Positions 48,601-58,987 of a DNA stretch of 64,000 bases are shown here, one piece after another. A model generated the notes under the pieces. It did no database searches. It worked only from the letters and a program-made list of their open reading frames with translations, and was not told the DNA's origin. The translations under genes and the position numbers were made by a program. The DNA lies in the NCBI GenBank assembly GCA_002633005.1, contig NMRA01000336.1, positions 301,056-365,055 of the forward strand, read 5' to 3'. This DNA is from Phoronis australis. Lineage: Eukaryota; Animalia; Phoronida. The stretch's first letter is position 1. Each line of letters begins with the position of its first letter.

Positions 48601-51598
48601 GGTACCCCTTCTGCAAACGAGATGACGCAAGGCACTAATGAAAGAACTAGTATCTAGACTATCAACAACCTCAAGATGTACAGCGCGACAAGAAAGATCA
48701 GTAAAAACCACACCATACCTCTTTGCACGACTGCGACCAAACTTGACTTCAAATGGCCCAAAACATTACCTGTATACCAAAATGGAGGAACTTCCGCTGT
48801 CCTGGCGGCGGGTAGGTGTGCCATCTTCTGCTCAACGCATGGACCTCGCAGTCGCTTGCACGTTACACACTGTCCAATCACATGTCGCACTGAGGCATTC
48901 CCAGCAATAACCCAGTATCTTCTCACGAATAGCCGATAATACGTGGTTGCCACCAGCATGCTGAAGCCTCTCATGATAGTGACGAACTATAAGCATAGTA
49001 ACATAGTCCTTTGACGGCAACAGGATCGGATGTTTTTCACCATAGCTCAAATCAGATGCACCAAGTCGACCACCAATCCTGATAACACCTTCGCTACTCA
49101 CAAATGGATCATGGGCATGTAAGTGGCACAGACATTACCTTCTGGGAACCAGAACTAGCCTGTAGAATCCCCATCTCTGATGCGAATGCCTTTATTGCAC
49201 GTAACGCACTATCCCAATCTCTGCCTGTATGACTTCGTCCACGGACAACACATCACGTGAGCTCGTTCCGTCTTCCTCACACCTCAGATATTTCACAAAT
49301 CGACGGAGGTAAGCCACTGCTCTACACAGACGATACCAGTCAGAATAATGCTTGCTCAAGCAGTTCAACAGACCTGTTGTATAAGCACTCTCTTCACACG
49401 TGACCACTTCCACAGGATCTAAAACTTCAACAGAGTCAGATTGCTGGGGCCAGTTCACTTCAGGCTGCCGCAAAAAATCAGGACCACTCAACCAACGACT
49501 GTTGTGAATGAACTTCTCACTAGTAATGCCCCTAGATCCTTCATCTGCAGAATTTACTTTCGTATCCACATATCTCAATTGGCAGGGCTGAGAAAACTCG
49601 AATCAATTGCACGCGATTTGCGACAAATATGGGAAACTGCCTCACCTCATTACGAATGAAATGCAACACAGCGGTGGAATCAGTGTAGTACATGATGCTG
49701 TCTGGCTCAAACAGCTCTAGGTGTATCCACTCACTCAGACGCACTGCAACTGTAGCGGCCGTAAGCTCAAGTTGAGGAGCAGTCAGAGTCTTCTTCTGTG
49801 GTGAAACTCTTGCTTTGCCAATGAGAAAAGTACAGTGCACTCTACCTTTGTCGTCGCACAGGCGAGCATACACGGACGCCGCATAACCCACGGTACGCCT
49901 GGCATCTGTCAAGCTACTATTCGTCTATGCAAATGCTATTGTAATCACTGCAAAGAAACGACTTACTAAAAGAAACCCAATCATAGCGGCGAAAGATGTA
50001 CTGCTACCTATAAAGAAAATAAACAGCGTAACAAGTAAATGAAATACAACAACCAATGACAAAAATGATGCACGGCATCAACAGGTATCAATCACAAGAT
50101 CAAATTTTATTTCATGTATATGTTCAAGGTGAGATATAAAAATGCTGTTATAGTTTTCAAAAATATTTTTTATTTTCGTTTTATCAACTTTTAAGATTTT
50201 TCACGAAACTTGTAAAAGTACTATTTTTATAGCTCCTCATGCAAAAGTGGAACCTTGTTAAAACAATTCCTAACAGGTGGTGTTAGGGAATTGTGCGTAA
50301 AGCATTGTATCTGAAGGTTCATATGAATCCAATCAGCCCTTTCCGAGACATTATGTTCCAAAGTTTGCCAAATTTGGCCATTCTTATAGGGTCCCACATA
50401 ACCCAAAGGTCTCCTATGGTGCCAGAATGACTATTTTTATAGCTAAAATACATGTCTTAATGAAAAACATCAGCATACAGTATCATAGCATATCCCAGTC
50501 GGTAATTAAGTAGGCCTATTACTATATATGTGGCAGCCCCATTACGAACCCCATTTAGTGCCAAAAGAAACTTAAGATGGCGCTCACACAAATCGAATAG
50601 TAGCAGCCCATGGTGAATACTAAATATACAGCTTTGTGTTGTGGGTAAAAAAATTGACCAAGTAAAATCTGACACAAAATTATTGTCAAACACTCTCCCT
50701 TCAGTAAACTAAATTATGTAACGGTGTTGGAAAGATTGGCATTCCACTGTGACAAGCAGAACTTAACCTAGGCTGTGTTAAAATTCGGATTCTAACGGAG
50801 CACAACACACAGGGATACCAAGGTGTATGTTGATGATAGTCTTCATACTGCTAGCTGCCTGGCTTCTTTGCACCAAGGCTAGAACAGATCTTGCTGCTCT
50901 TAGAATTTGTCATCAGTTCTTTGTTGTTGTGTAAACAAATCTATTCCATGCACGGTACATGACAAGGTCGGTGGAGAAGTTGTACTACAGTAATGTGTGC
51001 CATTGCCGCTTACATTGCTGCACCCGTACACTACTCAACACAGTATTTTAGCCCCAAGACCAATAAGCAGCCTACGTCCAAGAAATGACACTCAGTTGTT
51101 GTACAGTTACGCTTCGTGGAAATTTCGTTGACACATCATCTATACCACTTTACGCCATTTGGTTGAGAACATATCTGGGGCACTTGAAGGGACTTCGAAT
51201 TATGGGTGGTGTAATTTTCGTTGCACTTAATTACTTTTTGTAGTATGTAAGAAACATAAACAATATTTTATTAAAAATACCTTGCATTTCTGGTGTCATA
51301 AGAGTGTTTTAGTGGCTGGAGGCTATCCTTAAATACTGTGTGCATGCGATATGAATTTGTTTCTTTCTTTGCAGATGACTCCCAAGCCAAGAGAGAACAA
51401 GCACGAAGGTTTGTCAGTAGTATTCGGTACTGGATAAATTGGGTTTTCATGGCAGGTTTGTCCACCCAGCGTCCTCTCTTGGAGAGGGAGCAGATTGTGG
51501 ATATTCTGTTTCAAAGGATTGAGGATAATGTTGCTGATTCGCCCGACGATCACGCCTATAATTTTGTATTGGGGTTAGTGCATTTTAAGAAAGTGTAG
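604..51598 (+). CDS. Spliced SABATH/Methyltransf_7-like SAM-dependent methyltransferase, 5'-partial. Exons 604-699, 3709-3807, 6294-6444, 6947-7077, 12178-12314, 46707-46881, 51375-51598 (~337 aa visible)
   Basis: All introns are GT-AG and exon phases join with no stop. Translation: [240 protein letters not shown].../...[15 protein letters not shown]. Family motifs (D.P.ND, RA.EL..GG, Y.RT.EE) occur in the expected order. Confidence 0.88.
2450..3664 (+). mobile_element. CR1/L2-group LINE fragment spanning the gap
   Basis: [38 protein letters not shown] (RT N-terminal part), C-terminal [11 protein letters not shown]-rich 3' UTR ending aataaatatatat. Confidence 0.85.
2735..3245. other. Assembly gap
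   Basis: Run of 511 N. Confidence 1.
3709..3807 (+). CDS. Methyltransferase exon
   Basis: ctattaag|GA...ACTG|gtaatt; encodes [17 protein letters not shown]. Confidence 0.88.
4145..5298 (+). repeat. Composite repeat, copy 1 (near-identical to 8173-9365)
   Basis: Direct alignment by eye; the paired ORFs in the track are almost identical. Confidence 0.92.
6294..6444 (+). CDS. Methyltransferase exon
   Basis: ttttacag|GA...CCTT|gtaagt; encodes [15 protein letters not shown]. Confidence 0.88.
6947..7077 (+). CDS. Methyltransferase exon
   Basis: tttcctag|G...AAAG|gtgact; encodes PCKITG...[18 protein letters not shown]. Confidence 0.88.
7742..7978. mobile_element. Fold-back of a Penelope-like terminal repeat with a hammerhead-like motif
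   Basis: 7742-7818 pairs with 7901-7978 and 7821-7836 pairs with 7854-7869; contains GACAAA-GACCTGG-tgga-CCAGGTC-GAAAC. Confidence 0.65.
8173..9680 (+). mobile_element. Composite repeat, copy 2, ending in the right TIR of the HIRAN-carrying family
   Basis: Matches 4145-5298, then continues to ...aagcgtttattagagccaatacag|ta. Confidence 0.85.
9957..10800 (+). mobile_element. HINE-like element, partial copy (a shorter piece lies at ~7980-8142)
   Basis: 5' end tatgcgcccacata, then ~145-bp subrepeats containing cctagtggc. Confidence 0.8.
12178..12314 (+). CDS. Methyltransferase exon
   Basis: ttgttatag|GT...TGAG|gtaggc; encodes [17 protein letters not shown]...EGLINE. Confidence 0.88.
13013..14214 (+). 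mobile_element. Penelope-like retroelement (RT C-terminus + GIY-YIG, decayed) with inverted terminal repeats
   Basis: HPSINFT..E....[10 protein letters not shown]...[29 protein letters not shown]...RLKEH; 13013-13107 is inverted relative to 14119-14214. Confidence 0.9.
14215..15905 (+). mobile_element. HINE-like element with ~435-bp higher-order tandem repeats
   Basis: cgtc microsatellite, ~3.5 monomers, 3' end gtgggcgcatttCAACGCtccGCGTTGctcttgtt. Confidence 0.85.
16185..16610. mobile_element. PIF/Harbinger-like MITE
   Basis: TIRs taa|ggacctttcatact ... agtatgaaaaggcc|tta with TWA flanks. Confidence 0.6.
17290..18322 (-). mobile_element. HIRAN-family TIR element, partial copy
   Basis: STIRGFHV remnant at ~17310-17335 (-); shared internal blocks; TIR gcgccttattacggcaaatacgg|ta. 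Confidence 0.75.
18690..19520 (+). repeat. Dispersed repeat (sister copy at ~35650-36930)
   Basis: Colinear similarity, e.g. cccacactgaactgcaatttgtttgc and gtgtgaaacgcttgcaaaac. Confidence 0.85.
19693..20710 (+). mobile_element. HIRAN-family TIR element (internally deleted)
   Basis: ccgtattcgccctagtaagcgc ... gcgcttattaggatgaat; 20295-20560 translates SIRSFFV*KVIW...[29 protein letters not shown]. Confidence 0.8.
23850..24370 (-). pseudogene. Intronless ubiquitin-specific protease (C19) remnant
   Basis: SCNNC, then FSCPHC...[10 protein letters not shown], then [10 protein letters not shown]...GGRY...WINFDD...AYIAIYE (USP finger and His-box order); in-frame stops; catalytic His replaced by Arg. 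Confidence 0.7.
24430..24585 (-). mobile_element. Restriction-like endonuclease fragment of a Hero-type non-LTR element
   Basis: [13 protein letters not shown]...[20 protein letters not shown]...(frameshift)AVLIE. Confidence 0.7.
25443..27058 (+). mobile_element. AT-flanked TIR element (ISL2EU/Harbinger-like) with a decayed THAP domain
   Basis: AT|AGCGGATTTGCAGCG ... CGCTGCAAATCCGCT|AT; ICCVPGC...FYVFP...W at 25677-25858 and [12 protein letters not shown] at ~26595. Confidence 0.8.
25863..26594. mobile_element. ~730-bp non-autonomous element inserted in the THAP ORF (second copy ~30578-31310)
   Basis: The two copies are colinear; imperfect TIRs taggcaacacgtagccc / gcgatgtaattgccta. Confidence 0.75.
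27272..27296 (+). mobile_element. Tc1/mariner-pogo-like TIR (partner at 35468-35492)
   Basis: cggtaaagtcgcgcgattttcggac versus gtccgaaaatcgcgcgactttactg|ta, 24/25 match. Confidence 0.65.
27510..27990 (+). repeat. Degenerate 65-85-bp tandem repeat, about 7 units
   Basis: Recurrent tttctcaataaaaaa...ttgcgttgt...gttcccg. Confidence 0.65.
30075..30546. repeat. tactattattcc-rich subterminal repeat array of a TIR element
   Basis: Many ctattattcc units, ending ctattcggaactccagagta. Confidence 0.6.
30578..31310. mobile_element. Second copy of the 25863-26594 element
   Basis: Shared blocks, e.g. ggggctacaatacttcc, gactaaattgtatccagagtc, gcgatgtaattgcctat. Confidence 0.8.
31962..33990 (-). mobile_element. 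L2/Crack-like LINE, 5'-truncated and frameshifted
   Basis: [33 protein letters not shown]; 3' stem-loop gagggccctc...gaggtcaccctc and AAT-rich tail; lies within a ~33-bp ccacttagctagtatg minisatellite. Confidence 0.93.
36053..36339. mobile_element. MITE with 5-bp TSD ACTAA
   Basis: actaa|cagtggcggatct...aaatctgcttatg|actaa. Confidence 0.8.
36440..36755. mobile_element. MITE with 5-bp TSD TGTTC
   Basis: tgttc|cagtggcggat...ttcgcctatg|tgttc. Confidence 0.8.
39154..39314. mobile_element. MITE with 5-bp TSD ATTTG
   Basis: atttg|caggggcggat...atctgccactg|atttg. Confidence 0.82.
39650..40785 (+). mobile_element. L2/Crack-like LINE 3' fragment
   Basis: HADDTTL...[12 protein letters not shown]...NADKTK...[17 protein letters not shown]; QWNSLP; aataaag(tta)n tail. 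Confidence 0.9.
41329..43301 (+). mobile_element. AT-flanked TIR element with a THAP pseudogene, containing a nested HIRAN-family copy
   Basis: AT|AGCGGAGTTGCAA...TTGCAACTCCGCT|AT; ~41433-41670 translates [12 protein letters not shown]...YLFPKD...W...[12 protein letters not shown] with stops. Confidence 0.82.
41870..43145 (+). mobile_element. HIRAN-family TIR element, one end truncated
   Basis: HIRAN remnant ~42743-42990 (SSIHGFH...FDKYAVSV...VVGHIPRK); terminus gcgctaattagggcgaatagcg. Confidence 0.78.
44300..45913 (-). mobile_element. HIRAN-family TIR element with both ends and a TA TSD
   Basis: TA|ctgttttcgccttaataagcac ... gtgcttagtagggcaaatactg|TA; ~44445-44722 (-) translates [60 protein letters not shown]...[11 protein letters not shown]. 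Confidence 0.85.
45265..45508. mobile_element. MITE with 5-bp TSD TTAAT
   Basis: ttaat|catgtgtgcacccag...ctgggtgcacgcatg|ttaat; the empty site gcagttaatcc is present in sister copies. Confidence 0.85.
46707..46881 (+). CDS. Methyltransferase exon
   Basis: gttttag|GAG...AAAG|gtaaga; encodes [34 protein letters not shown]. Confidence 0.88.
47731..50083 (-). mobile_element. BEL/Pao LTR retrotransposon, deletion derivative (RNase H + integrase remnant between two LTR segments)
   Basis: LIGKARVSP...LELTAA...YTDS...FVANRV; H-H-C-C finger; [11 protein letters not shown]; WHFNPP..GGVWE; PLTPNHLL; LTR segments 47731-47851 and 49963-50083 start TGT; PPT ggagagag. Confidence 0.93.
51375..51598 (+). 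CDS. Methyltransferase terminal coding exon
   Basis: ttctttgcag|AT...TAG; encodes [34 protein letters not shown]...HFKKV*. Confidence 0.88.
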
Positions 51599-51804
51599 TA
51601 CATGTCAATCAATCCTGTGTTCAAACAGATTCCTATCATTTTACCTTACATGATGTTTAAGACGGGGAAAAACTTGTGAAATTACAAGCCTTGAAGCCTC
51701 AACGCTTTCAATTTTAGCTTTTCAACTTATCTTGTGTTATCATGTGGATTTTCAATGGACAAGTTAAACAAATGCTTACACGCTTCCGGTTCATGTTCTG
51801 TTTC

Positions 51805-51810
51805 AATAAA
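51805..51810 (+). terminator. Candidate polyadenylation signal of the methyltransferase gene
   Basis: AATAAA about 210 nt after the stop codon. Confidence 0.5.
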
Positions 51811-52196
51811 AGGCTACCCATATTAATACCAAAACTAATTAGAGAATACACTCATGGTTGTAACCTGTATCAATAACTAACTCCCATATAGTGACACGTA
51901 AGAATAGCAGACTCGACAATTCGACCAGATTATGCTCATTCAAGTCTAAATTAGAGGTACAGATAAAATTTGAATCTAATACTAGAATTTTAGATAAAAC
52001 TTACTAGGTAGCGATGTTGCATCCGTCTCTCACGGACTTCAGCTTGTGACATACCCAATTTTATGTCACAACACGTTGCCCTAGTTACGGGGACACTTAT
52101 GACTTGGTTATTTTTAGCCATTTATAGAGAATTATATGATAGTTCATAATGTAACCACTAGGTGCCTTTAGATACAGAGAATAAGGTATCTCTCAC

Positions 52197-52335
52197 CTCA
52201 CTTTATGGATGTTACCTGAGCTGTATGTAGGCACTTGCTGTCTTTTGTAAGTATGATCCTGATAATGTCTTATGAATAGGCGAACGTTGATTGAACATGA
52301 ACTTTTTTATTTGTGCGGGGATCGTTTGCTTTACA
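52197..52335 (+). mobile_element. Solo terminal repeat of the 13-14 kb Penelope-like family
   Basis: Matches 14081-14214, including ctgataatgtct...gaacgttg. Confidence 0.85.
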
Positions 52336-52999
52336 TTAGGTATGAAGTTCACTGAAACAAAATGTCAATGCAATAGTGTCGAGGACTCATTTATTAAGTG
52401 TTTGAACATCCTAAGAGGACATCATCGTGTAATCAATATTGAATGCAAATGAGTTTGCGAGTTTGCAATGACTGCAGCCTTGGAAAACAGTGAATGTGAT
52501 GTCAGTGTTCACCAATTCAGTTAATATGTACATGAACTCTACAACTGTCTTTGATTGCCCAGGTTATGGATGCAAGATTTTCCATACCCTTTTGCCCTTA
52601 ATTTCTCTACTGCTGTTGATTTTGTAGTACTATTTAATGGGCAATTTCGACACTCAGTTCAATAAAGCTAAGAACAGTGAAAGCACCATATGGCCAATCA
52701 TTTGAAATGAAATATTGAACTGAATGATAACTTGTTTCACGATGTCCGTCATGGTAAATAAGGACTTTTCGAATTCAACAAAATACTAAAAAAACAGTGC
52801 AGGTGGTCTGTCATTTGCAGTGTATAAGACGTGCGCAGGCCTCATGGTTGGGCCCATTGCACAAAACACCTGAGCAAAAGCACGAGAGCCCAATTATGGT
52901 TCCTCGTGAAGAAAGTTTTCAAGTCTGCCAGTCTCCTTTAGGAAAATGGACAGACGTTTCCATTTGTTGCCATGCACTATATGTTTTAGGCATGTAACA

Positions 53000-54295
53000 G
53001 TGCCATCCAGTAGGTTGCTCCTTAGCCTATAAAAAGCTGGGCAAGACTCTACCAGGTGTTTAGGAGATTCTACGTTAGTACCACTCTCTGGACACTAAGG
53101 GCTCCCCATATGCCCAGTAATGTGTCTGTGTCGGGCTAGGTTGCAGTGGCCCGTTAAAGTTTGAATAACGTGTCTTCTACCCAATCTGTCTAGACTCAGA
53201 AGCTTTTTGAACCTTTTGGTTCGATCACGTTGGGAAAATTCTCCTTGGTCTCTCTGCAGAAGTTAAGTGATGCCCACTGGGCTTCTGACTGGGTATGTAC
53301 CCAGTTGCGTATACTCATCCTGCAACATCCGTAAGATACCGGGATAGTAGGTTCAGGCACAAAATGCAGAACGCTTGCTCATATCTTTGCAAGTCTGTCT
53401 GCATTCTCATTGCCATCAATTCCCACATGGGCCTTGACCCAGCGTATATTGACGGTTCTTTCAATTGCAAGCTTGTTAAGCTCATTAATGCAAGCATTAA
53501 TACAACAAGAGTTGACCCTTAGTTTCTTTAGGGCTTTTATTGCTGCCTGGCTATCTGAAAAGGTGGTTATTGGCCGATTGCCATGCTCAGTGTTATATTG
53601 TTGTGCCAGTTGAGCAGCTCTATTAATTGCAGTGATCTCAGCCTGAAACACCGTGGCAAGATTGCATAGTGATACCCAGTTTTCTGCATCTGCAACAGGA
53701 AGGCTTGGAAAGTAGATCCCAGCACCTGTCTGGCCATTTTCCAGTTTAGAGCCGTCCGTATAACAAAGCACCTCATTCTTGTGTTCTGCGGTAGGCCATC
53801 CATCGCCAATTTCCGTGAAGAAATTGTTTGTATGATTTAAAGCTGTGACCTGGACATCACCTAAGGTATGTTCCATAGTTGCCCAGTCTTGGCCATTAGC
53901 TTATTGTAAACATTCCTGTGGCTTCTGTGTGCAACGGAGTCGGGGATTTTAGCTTTCACCCACTGACCATTGTATCTGAGACGAAGTGCAGCACATGCAG
54001 CTTCACCCTCAAGGTATATGTACAATGGTTGCAAACCGATTAGCATTTCTAGGGCTGCAGAAGGCGTTTCTGGAAAGCAGAGGTTATGCACAGACAAGCT
54101 AGAGGTTGCAGCTGCCTAAGTTTCTTGATAATTGTAATCTGTTTTAATGCTGTTACCCATATCGATGCAGCATAGGACATTATAGGTCGGATAACAGCAG
54201 TATAAATCCAGAACATAATCTTGGGAGATATTCCCCAAGTTTTACCCACTGCACGACTGCATCTCACCAATGCAGATTTAGCTTTTGAGATTTTT
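53000..54295 (-). mobile_element. RNase H-containing LINE (LOA/Lian-like, I group), 3' fragment
   Basis: GKTWGISPKIMFWIYTAVIRP; YTDGSK...VFQAEI...FSDSQAA...WVKAHVGIDGNENADRLAK; LTGHC...HLVESCPA. Confidence 0.88.
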
Positions 54296-54417
54296 TCTGT
54301 AAATACTACGTGTAGTTACATATAATGCAATCTTTGCACTTGAAAACTGTATTGTTTATTAATAATGATTTATTTATCCAATCAGATGCTTCGTAACATA
54401 AACATACACAAACACAT

Positions 54418-56802
54418 TCCGATATGCAGAATTGATTAAACACACAACACTTTTCGTCATTCATATGTTTGGAACAAAACTACACTCAATGGAACATTGA
54501 TGAAGTAACTGACCAAGAGACATGATTAAAAGGTATACAATATTTCAAAACATACTTGTTTAATTCTTAGGTGGAAATAAAATGACGCAGCTAGTAATGC
54601 CACCACAGAGCATAAGCTGGAAACATACACAGTGGGACAGGGCAGGTGTGAAATACTGCAAAGAATCACAAATGAAGAGTGGGTTACAAGAAAGTCACAC
54701 AAACAAGTGTAACGCGACCCTGTTTGCTGCTCTGTCAAAACAGGCTTCTCAAATGCAATCAATAGGGCTCCAATACTTTCAATTGCAGCACATCGTACTC
54801 TACGTACCGAATTGACGTGTTTTCAACGATTTCTTGACGGATGATTTTACGTTTCTGACATTGCTGAAAATGATCTTAGATGCCGCCATTTTGAAGATGC
54901 ATAGATAACCGACTAGAAAGACTGCAAACCGTTTGACCAATGTAACATAGACATATGAACAAAGACATTTGTTCATAGGGCATATAAACTTATAAACATA
55001 ACTACACTGGGCAACGGTGCAAACTTTCCGTTTAGAAATGTTATTTTTGAGGACCAAGTTGCAGTATTTTACACCCACTGGTCCCACTGTGCATGTCTCC
55101 AGCTTATGCTCTGTGATGGCATTACACTGTGTCATTTTATTATGCGCCCACATACTTATATGTGGACGCATTATGCTGTCATCTCCGTCCGTCCGGGCGG
55201 CGTCTGTCCGACGTCCAGCGTCCGCTGCTTTATCTCCAAAACCCTTTGACATACGTTCATGAAATTTGGCACATATGTTCCATTCACGAATGGGACGGCA
55301 TGTGCGAACTTTGGACGGATCCGACTACCGGTGTGCCCCCTAGTGGCAATTTTAGTTTTTTACGCTTTGTATCTTCAAAAGTCGTGAACAGATTTTCATG
55401 AAATTTAGTATGTAGGCACCTATTAATGAGATGAGGCTATCCTCCCGTTTTCAGATGGATTCGACATAGTTTGCGCCACCTAGTGGCCATTTTTAGTGTT
55501 TTCGAGTCTGTTTTTGTGCGTCCACCCCTCTATCAACCAAACCGCTCAAAGGATGATTGTGAAAATTGGCATGTATATGCTTACTACATAGAGGACGATT
55601 GACAATGATTTTCCGACGATTTCGTTTACTGTGGCGCCTCCTAGTGGCAGTTTTTTTGCGCCTATGGCTGTATCTCCTAAACCGTTCGCAGTATCTTCAC
55701 GAAATTGTGTAAGTATATTTATATGATGTTAACAACAGAAGATGACAACTTTTGGACGGATCCGACTACTGGTGTGCCCCTTAGGGTCAATTTTAGTTTT
55801 TTACGCTTACCTTTGTATCTTCAAAAGTCCTGAGCGGATTTTCATGAAATTTGGTATGTAGGCACCCATTAGTGAGATGACGCTATCCTCCCGTTTTCAG
55901 ATGGATTCGACCTAGTTTGCGACACCCAGTGGCCATTTTTACTGTTTTTTGGCGTCCACCCCTCTATCAACCAAACCGCTCTAAGTATGATTGTGAAAAT
56001 TGGCATGTATGTTCTTACTATGAAGAGGACGGTTGACGCTGAATTTCCCCATGACTTTGATTATTGTGGCGCCTCCTAGTGGCAGTTTTTTTGCGCCCAT
56101 GGCTGTATCTCCCAAACCGTTTGCAGGATCTTTACTAAATTATGCAAATGTATTTATGTGTTGACAACGGACGATGACGACTTTAGAATGATTCTGACTA
56201 CCGGTATGCCTCTAGTGGCAATTTTAGTATTTTACATTGACCTCTGTATTTTCATAAGTCTTCAGGTGTATACTTTGTGTTACTTCGCGACTATGAAGGA
56301 AAACTTCCAAGTAGAAATTTGTTTCTGGCATTCTAATGCAGTGCTAATCTCATATGTTGGTAAATTTGTTTTTTTGATTCTATGTTTCTGTGGTGCTTTA
56401 AGCAACTAATGTATAGGATGTGCTTATATTATGAAGATCACTCACATTTTGCTCCTAGCCTATTGAGGAGACAATGACCATGCCTTTCCATTTTGCAAAG
56501 TACAACATACTACATATATGCCCTCTACTGGCCACTTTATGGTACCAATAAACAACCCTAGAAGGATACCGTATACGGTGCAATTGTGGGCACGTTTCAA
56601 CGCTCTGCGTTGCTCTTGTTTCCACTTGAGAATAAAACAAGTATGTTTCAAAATATCTTATACCTTTTAATCATGTCTCTTTGTCAGTTACTTCATCACT
56701 GTTCGATTAAGTGTAGTTTTGTTCTGAACATATGAATGAAAGAGAATAAAGACTGTCAATAACGAAAAGTGTTGTGTGTGTAATCAACTCTTCATATCGG
56801 AA
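54418..56802. mobile_element. Fold-back element with ~245-bp arms, right arm split by a HINE
   Basis: 54418-54662 is the reverse complement of 55059-55140 plus 56621-56802. Confidence 0.78.
55141..56620 (+). mobile_element. Complete HINE-like (Helentron non-autonomous) element
   Basis: 5' hairpin atgcgcccacata..tatgtggacgcat, cgtc microsatellite, 430-441-bp monomers, 3' subTIR gtgggcac plus hairpin caacgctctgcgttg; inserted in a T-run. Confidence 0.88.
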
Positions 56803-58987
56803 AACTTGCTCCCGAAGTACAGCGAAACACATTGTGAGTGGTGACTTGGTTCATCCATCGTCACACCATGAGGTCGCTGCTGAGCGAAGGAACTTGATAA
56901 TAAAATTCTCATCAAATCGGTCATGGGGAATAACTTTATTCCCTCCATGCTAGTTGCCAAGCAGCTTTGTGAAATTAATGACATCGCCAATTTCCTTGTT
57001 TAGAAATTTAGTTATCAGTTATTACATTCTTTCGCATTTTGAACACAATAGGCTTATTTCCATTAGTATGTAATGCCTGATGTGTAATGTATTTCTATGT
57101 CTTAACTGCGTAAGAAGTAATAGTAAGTACTATTTCCATTTATCCGTAATGCACGAGGCATGAATGCATAATCCATGCACTGTTGATTGAGCACGCATAA
57201 CCAAGCGGGATTTCATTCTCATTGCATCATCAACGGAGTTTCTTAAATTGAAACTAGCAAGAAATACATTACAGTGGCAATTTAGCGAGTGGAGTGTCAA
57301 CACCGCAGTCCCTACCCTCCAGTCTTGGTAAGCAATTGACGTGTGTTTCCCAAAAATAAAACTTCAACTATATGCAACAGTGTTGTGCATTCTGACTATG
57401 TCATTCACATACACGTGCTGTCTCACCTGCACAGGTAGTCTACTGGCACACCTCAGGTATTTTCGTAGCCTCAAATGATGCCTTAGAGATGATTTGTATC
57501 AGCAAGTCATGTGACTATCGAAATGGACTATGCCATCGAATATGCTGGAAAACCTGTGATAAGAGGCTTACACAAGAGTTAACAGTATTACAGAAGGCAG
57601 GTGTAAGGATAAAAATGATGCCACTTACAACTTCTGAGACCTGTTGGGCTAAATCCATGAATTAAACCCTCTCTAAGCAATCTTAGTTGAAGTTTGCACA
57701 TAATATGGAGATATGAAACATCCCCTGGGGATAATTTGAGGCTACAAAAATGGCCAAGATGTTCCGGATAATGCTAGCCCTCAGGCAGAGAAAGAGGTAA
57801 CATTACCCCACCCATGCGTAAACACCTTACCGTGAACTGTGTGACTGGATAAATAATCATTAGCAGTGTTTAAGTTAAATAACCCATAAGTTGTATAATA
57901 GTGTATTATTTAACTTAAATAATGCTTTATTCACAATATAACATCAAATAGCTTATAAATCATATCAATGTGTTTAATGAAGATAAATTTCTACAAGTGT
58001 TCCTTCCCAAATTACATACCATTGCATTTCATAAATAGTTTCTTATTGATACATCATTGTAATTTATTAGCACTAGAGCATTTGGAAGAAAAGTCTACGA
58101 TTTGGCAGACAAATGCAGAAAATCAAGTACAGACAAGACCGTCACAAAAGCTTTACGCCAGGTAAAAAATAAACAGTTTTGTTTATCATAGGACTCATCT
58201 TGGGGATGCATTTTTTATTTTTTATTTAATGATGTCACAGGGAGTTCGTGTCACAGACCCTCACAGCAAAATCTGCCTTATGGGCCTGAAAGACTTATTA
58301 TCGTATCAAATACTTGGACATTGGCCTCGTTGCAAGCTAACGAATTCCTGAAGTGTCATTTGAAGTAATGAAAAAATAAAATACAGTTGTCATGAAGCAG
58401 TTTCCCATTTCCAGGTTTGAGAACCTTGCAGCCCAGTGCATACTTTACAGGTGAGAATCTCGTCATACATTACAAGCCATGTATTACAAAGGAAGCAAGT
58501 GATCACACTAGCTTCCATAGTGAGGTTTTTGTGCCTATGATATGATTAGCAGTTCTTGAATGTGCCTTAAGGGCACGCTATCTGGAGATTGATAAATTTT
58601 CGTAGTCTGTCCGAGTACTTTCAGGTTCTGCAAATCTGTTTCACTGAATTACAAACATTATTGAATTAGATGAAAAAATGGACACTGAACATTTTTAGGA
58701 ATGGGTGGGGATGATAAGCACATTTACTTTTTTTAGGTGACCTTGCCGCGATTTTATGATTTAAAAATATTTTCTGCAAGTCATGTGAAAGAGCATATGT
58801 TTTCCAGTCACCTGTTCAGATGCACAATGTTCACAATTGCCCAGCTTAAGCCTCTAGCTTTTGCCACATGCAAATTAAGGTCTCCTGTAATATACACAAA
58901 CAGAAATCCTCTTTGTCTCAAATAAAATGTTCATATCACATACAGCCAATCAACAAATTGCACATAAGACATCCTCTCCATCATGCG

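Noticed and set aside
55141-56620. Regularly spaced conserved motif resembling a CRISPR array
   Set aside because: Intervening sequences are homologous with ~435-bp periodicity rather than unique spacers; eukaryotic context and no cas genes
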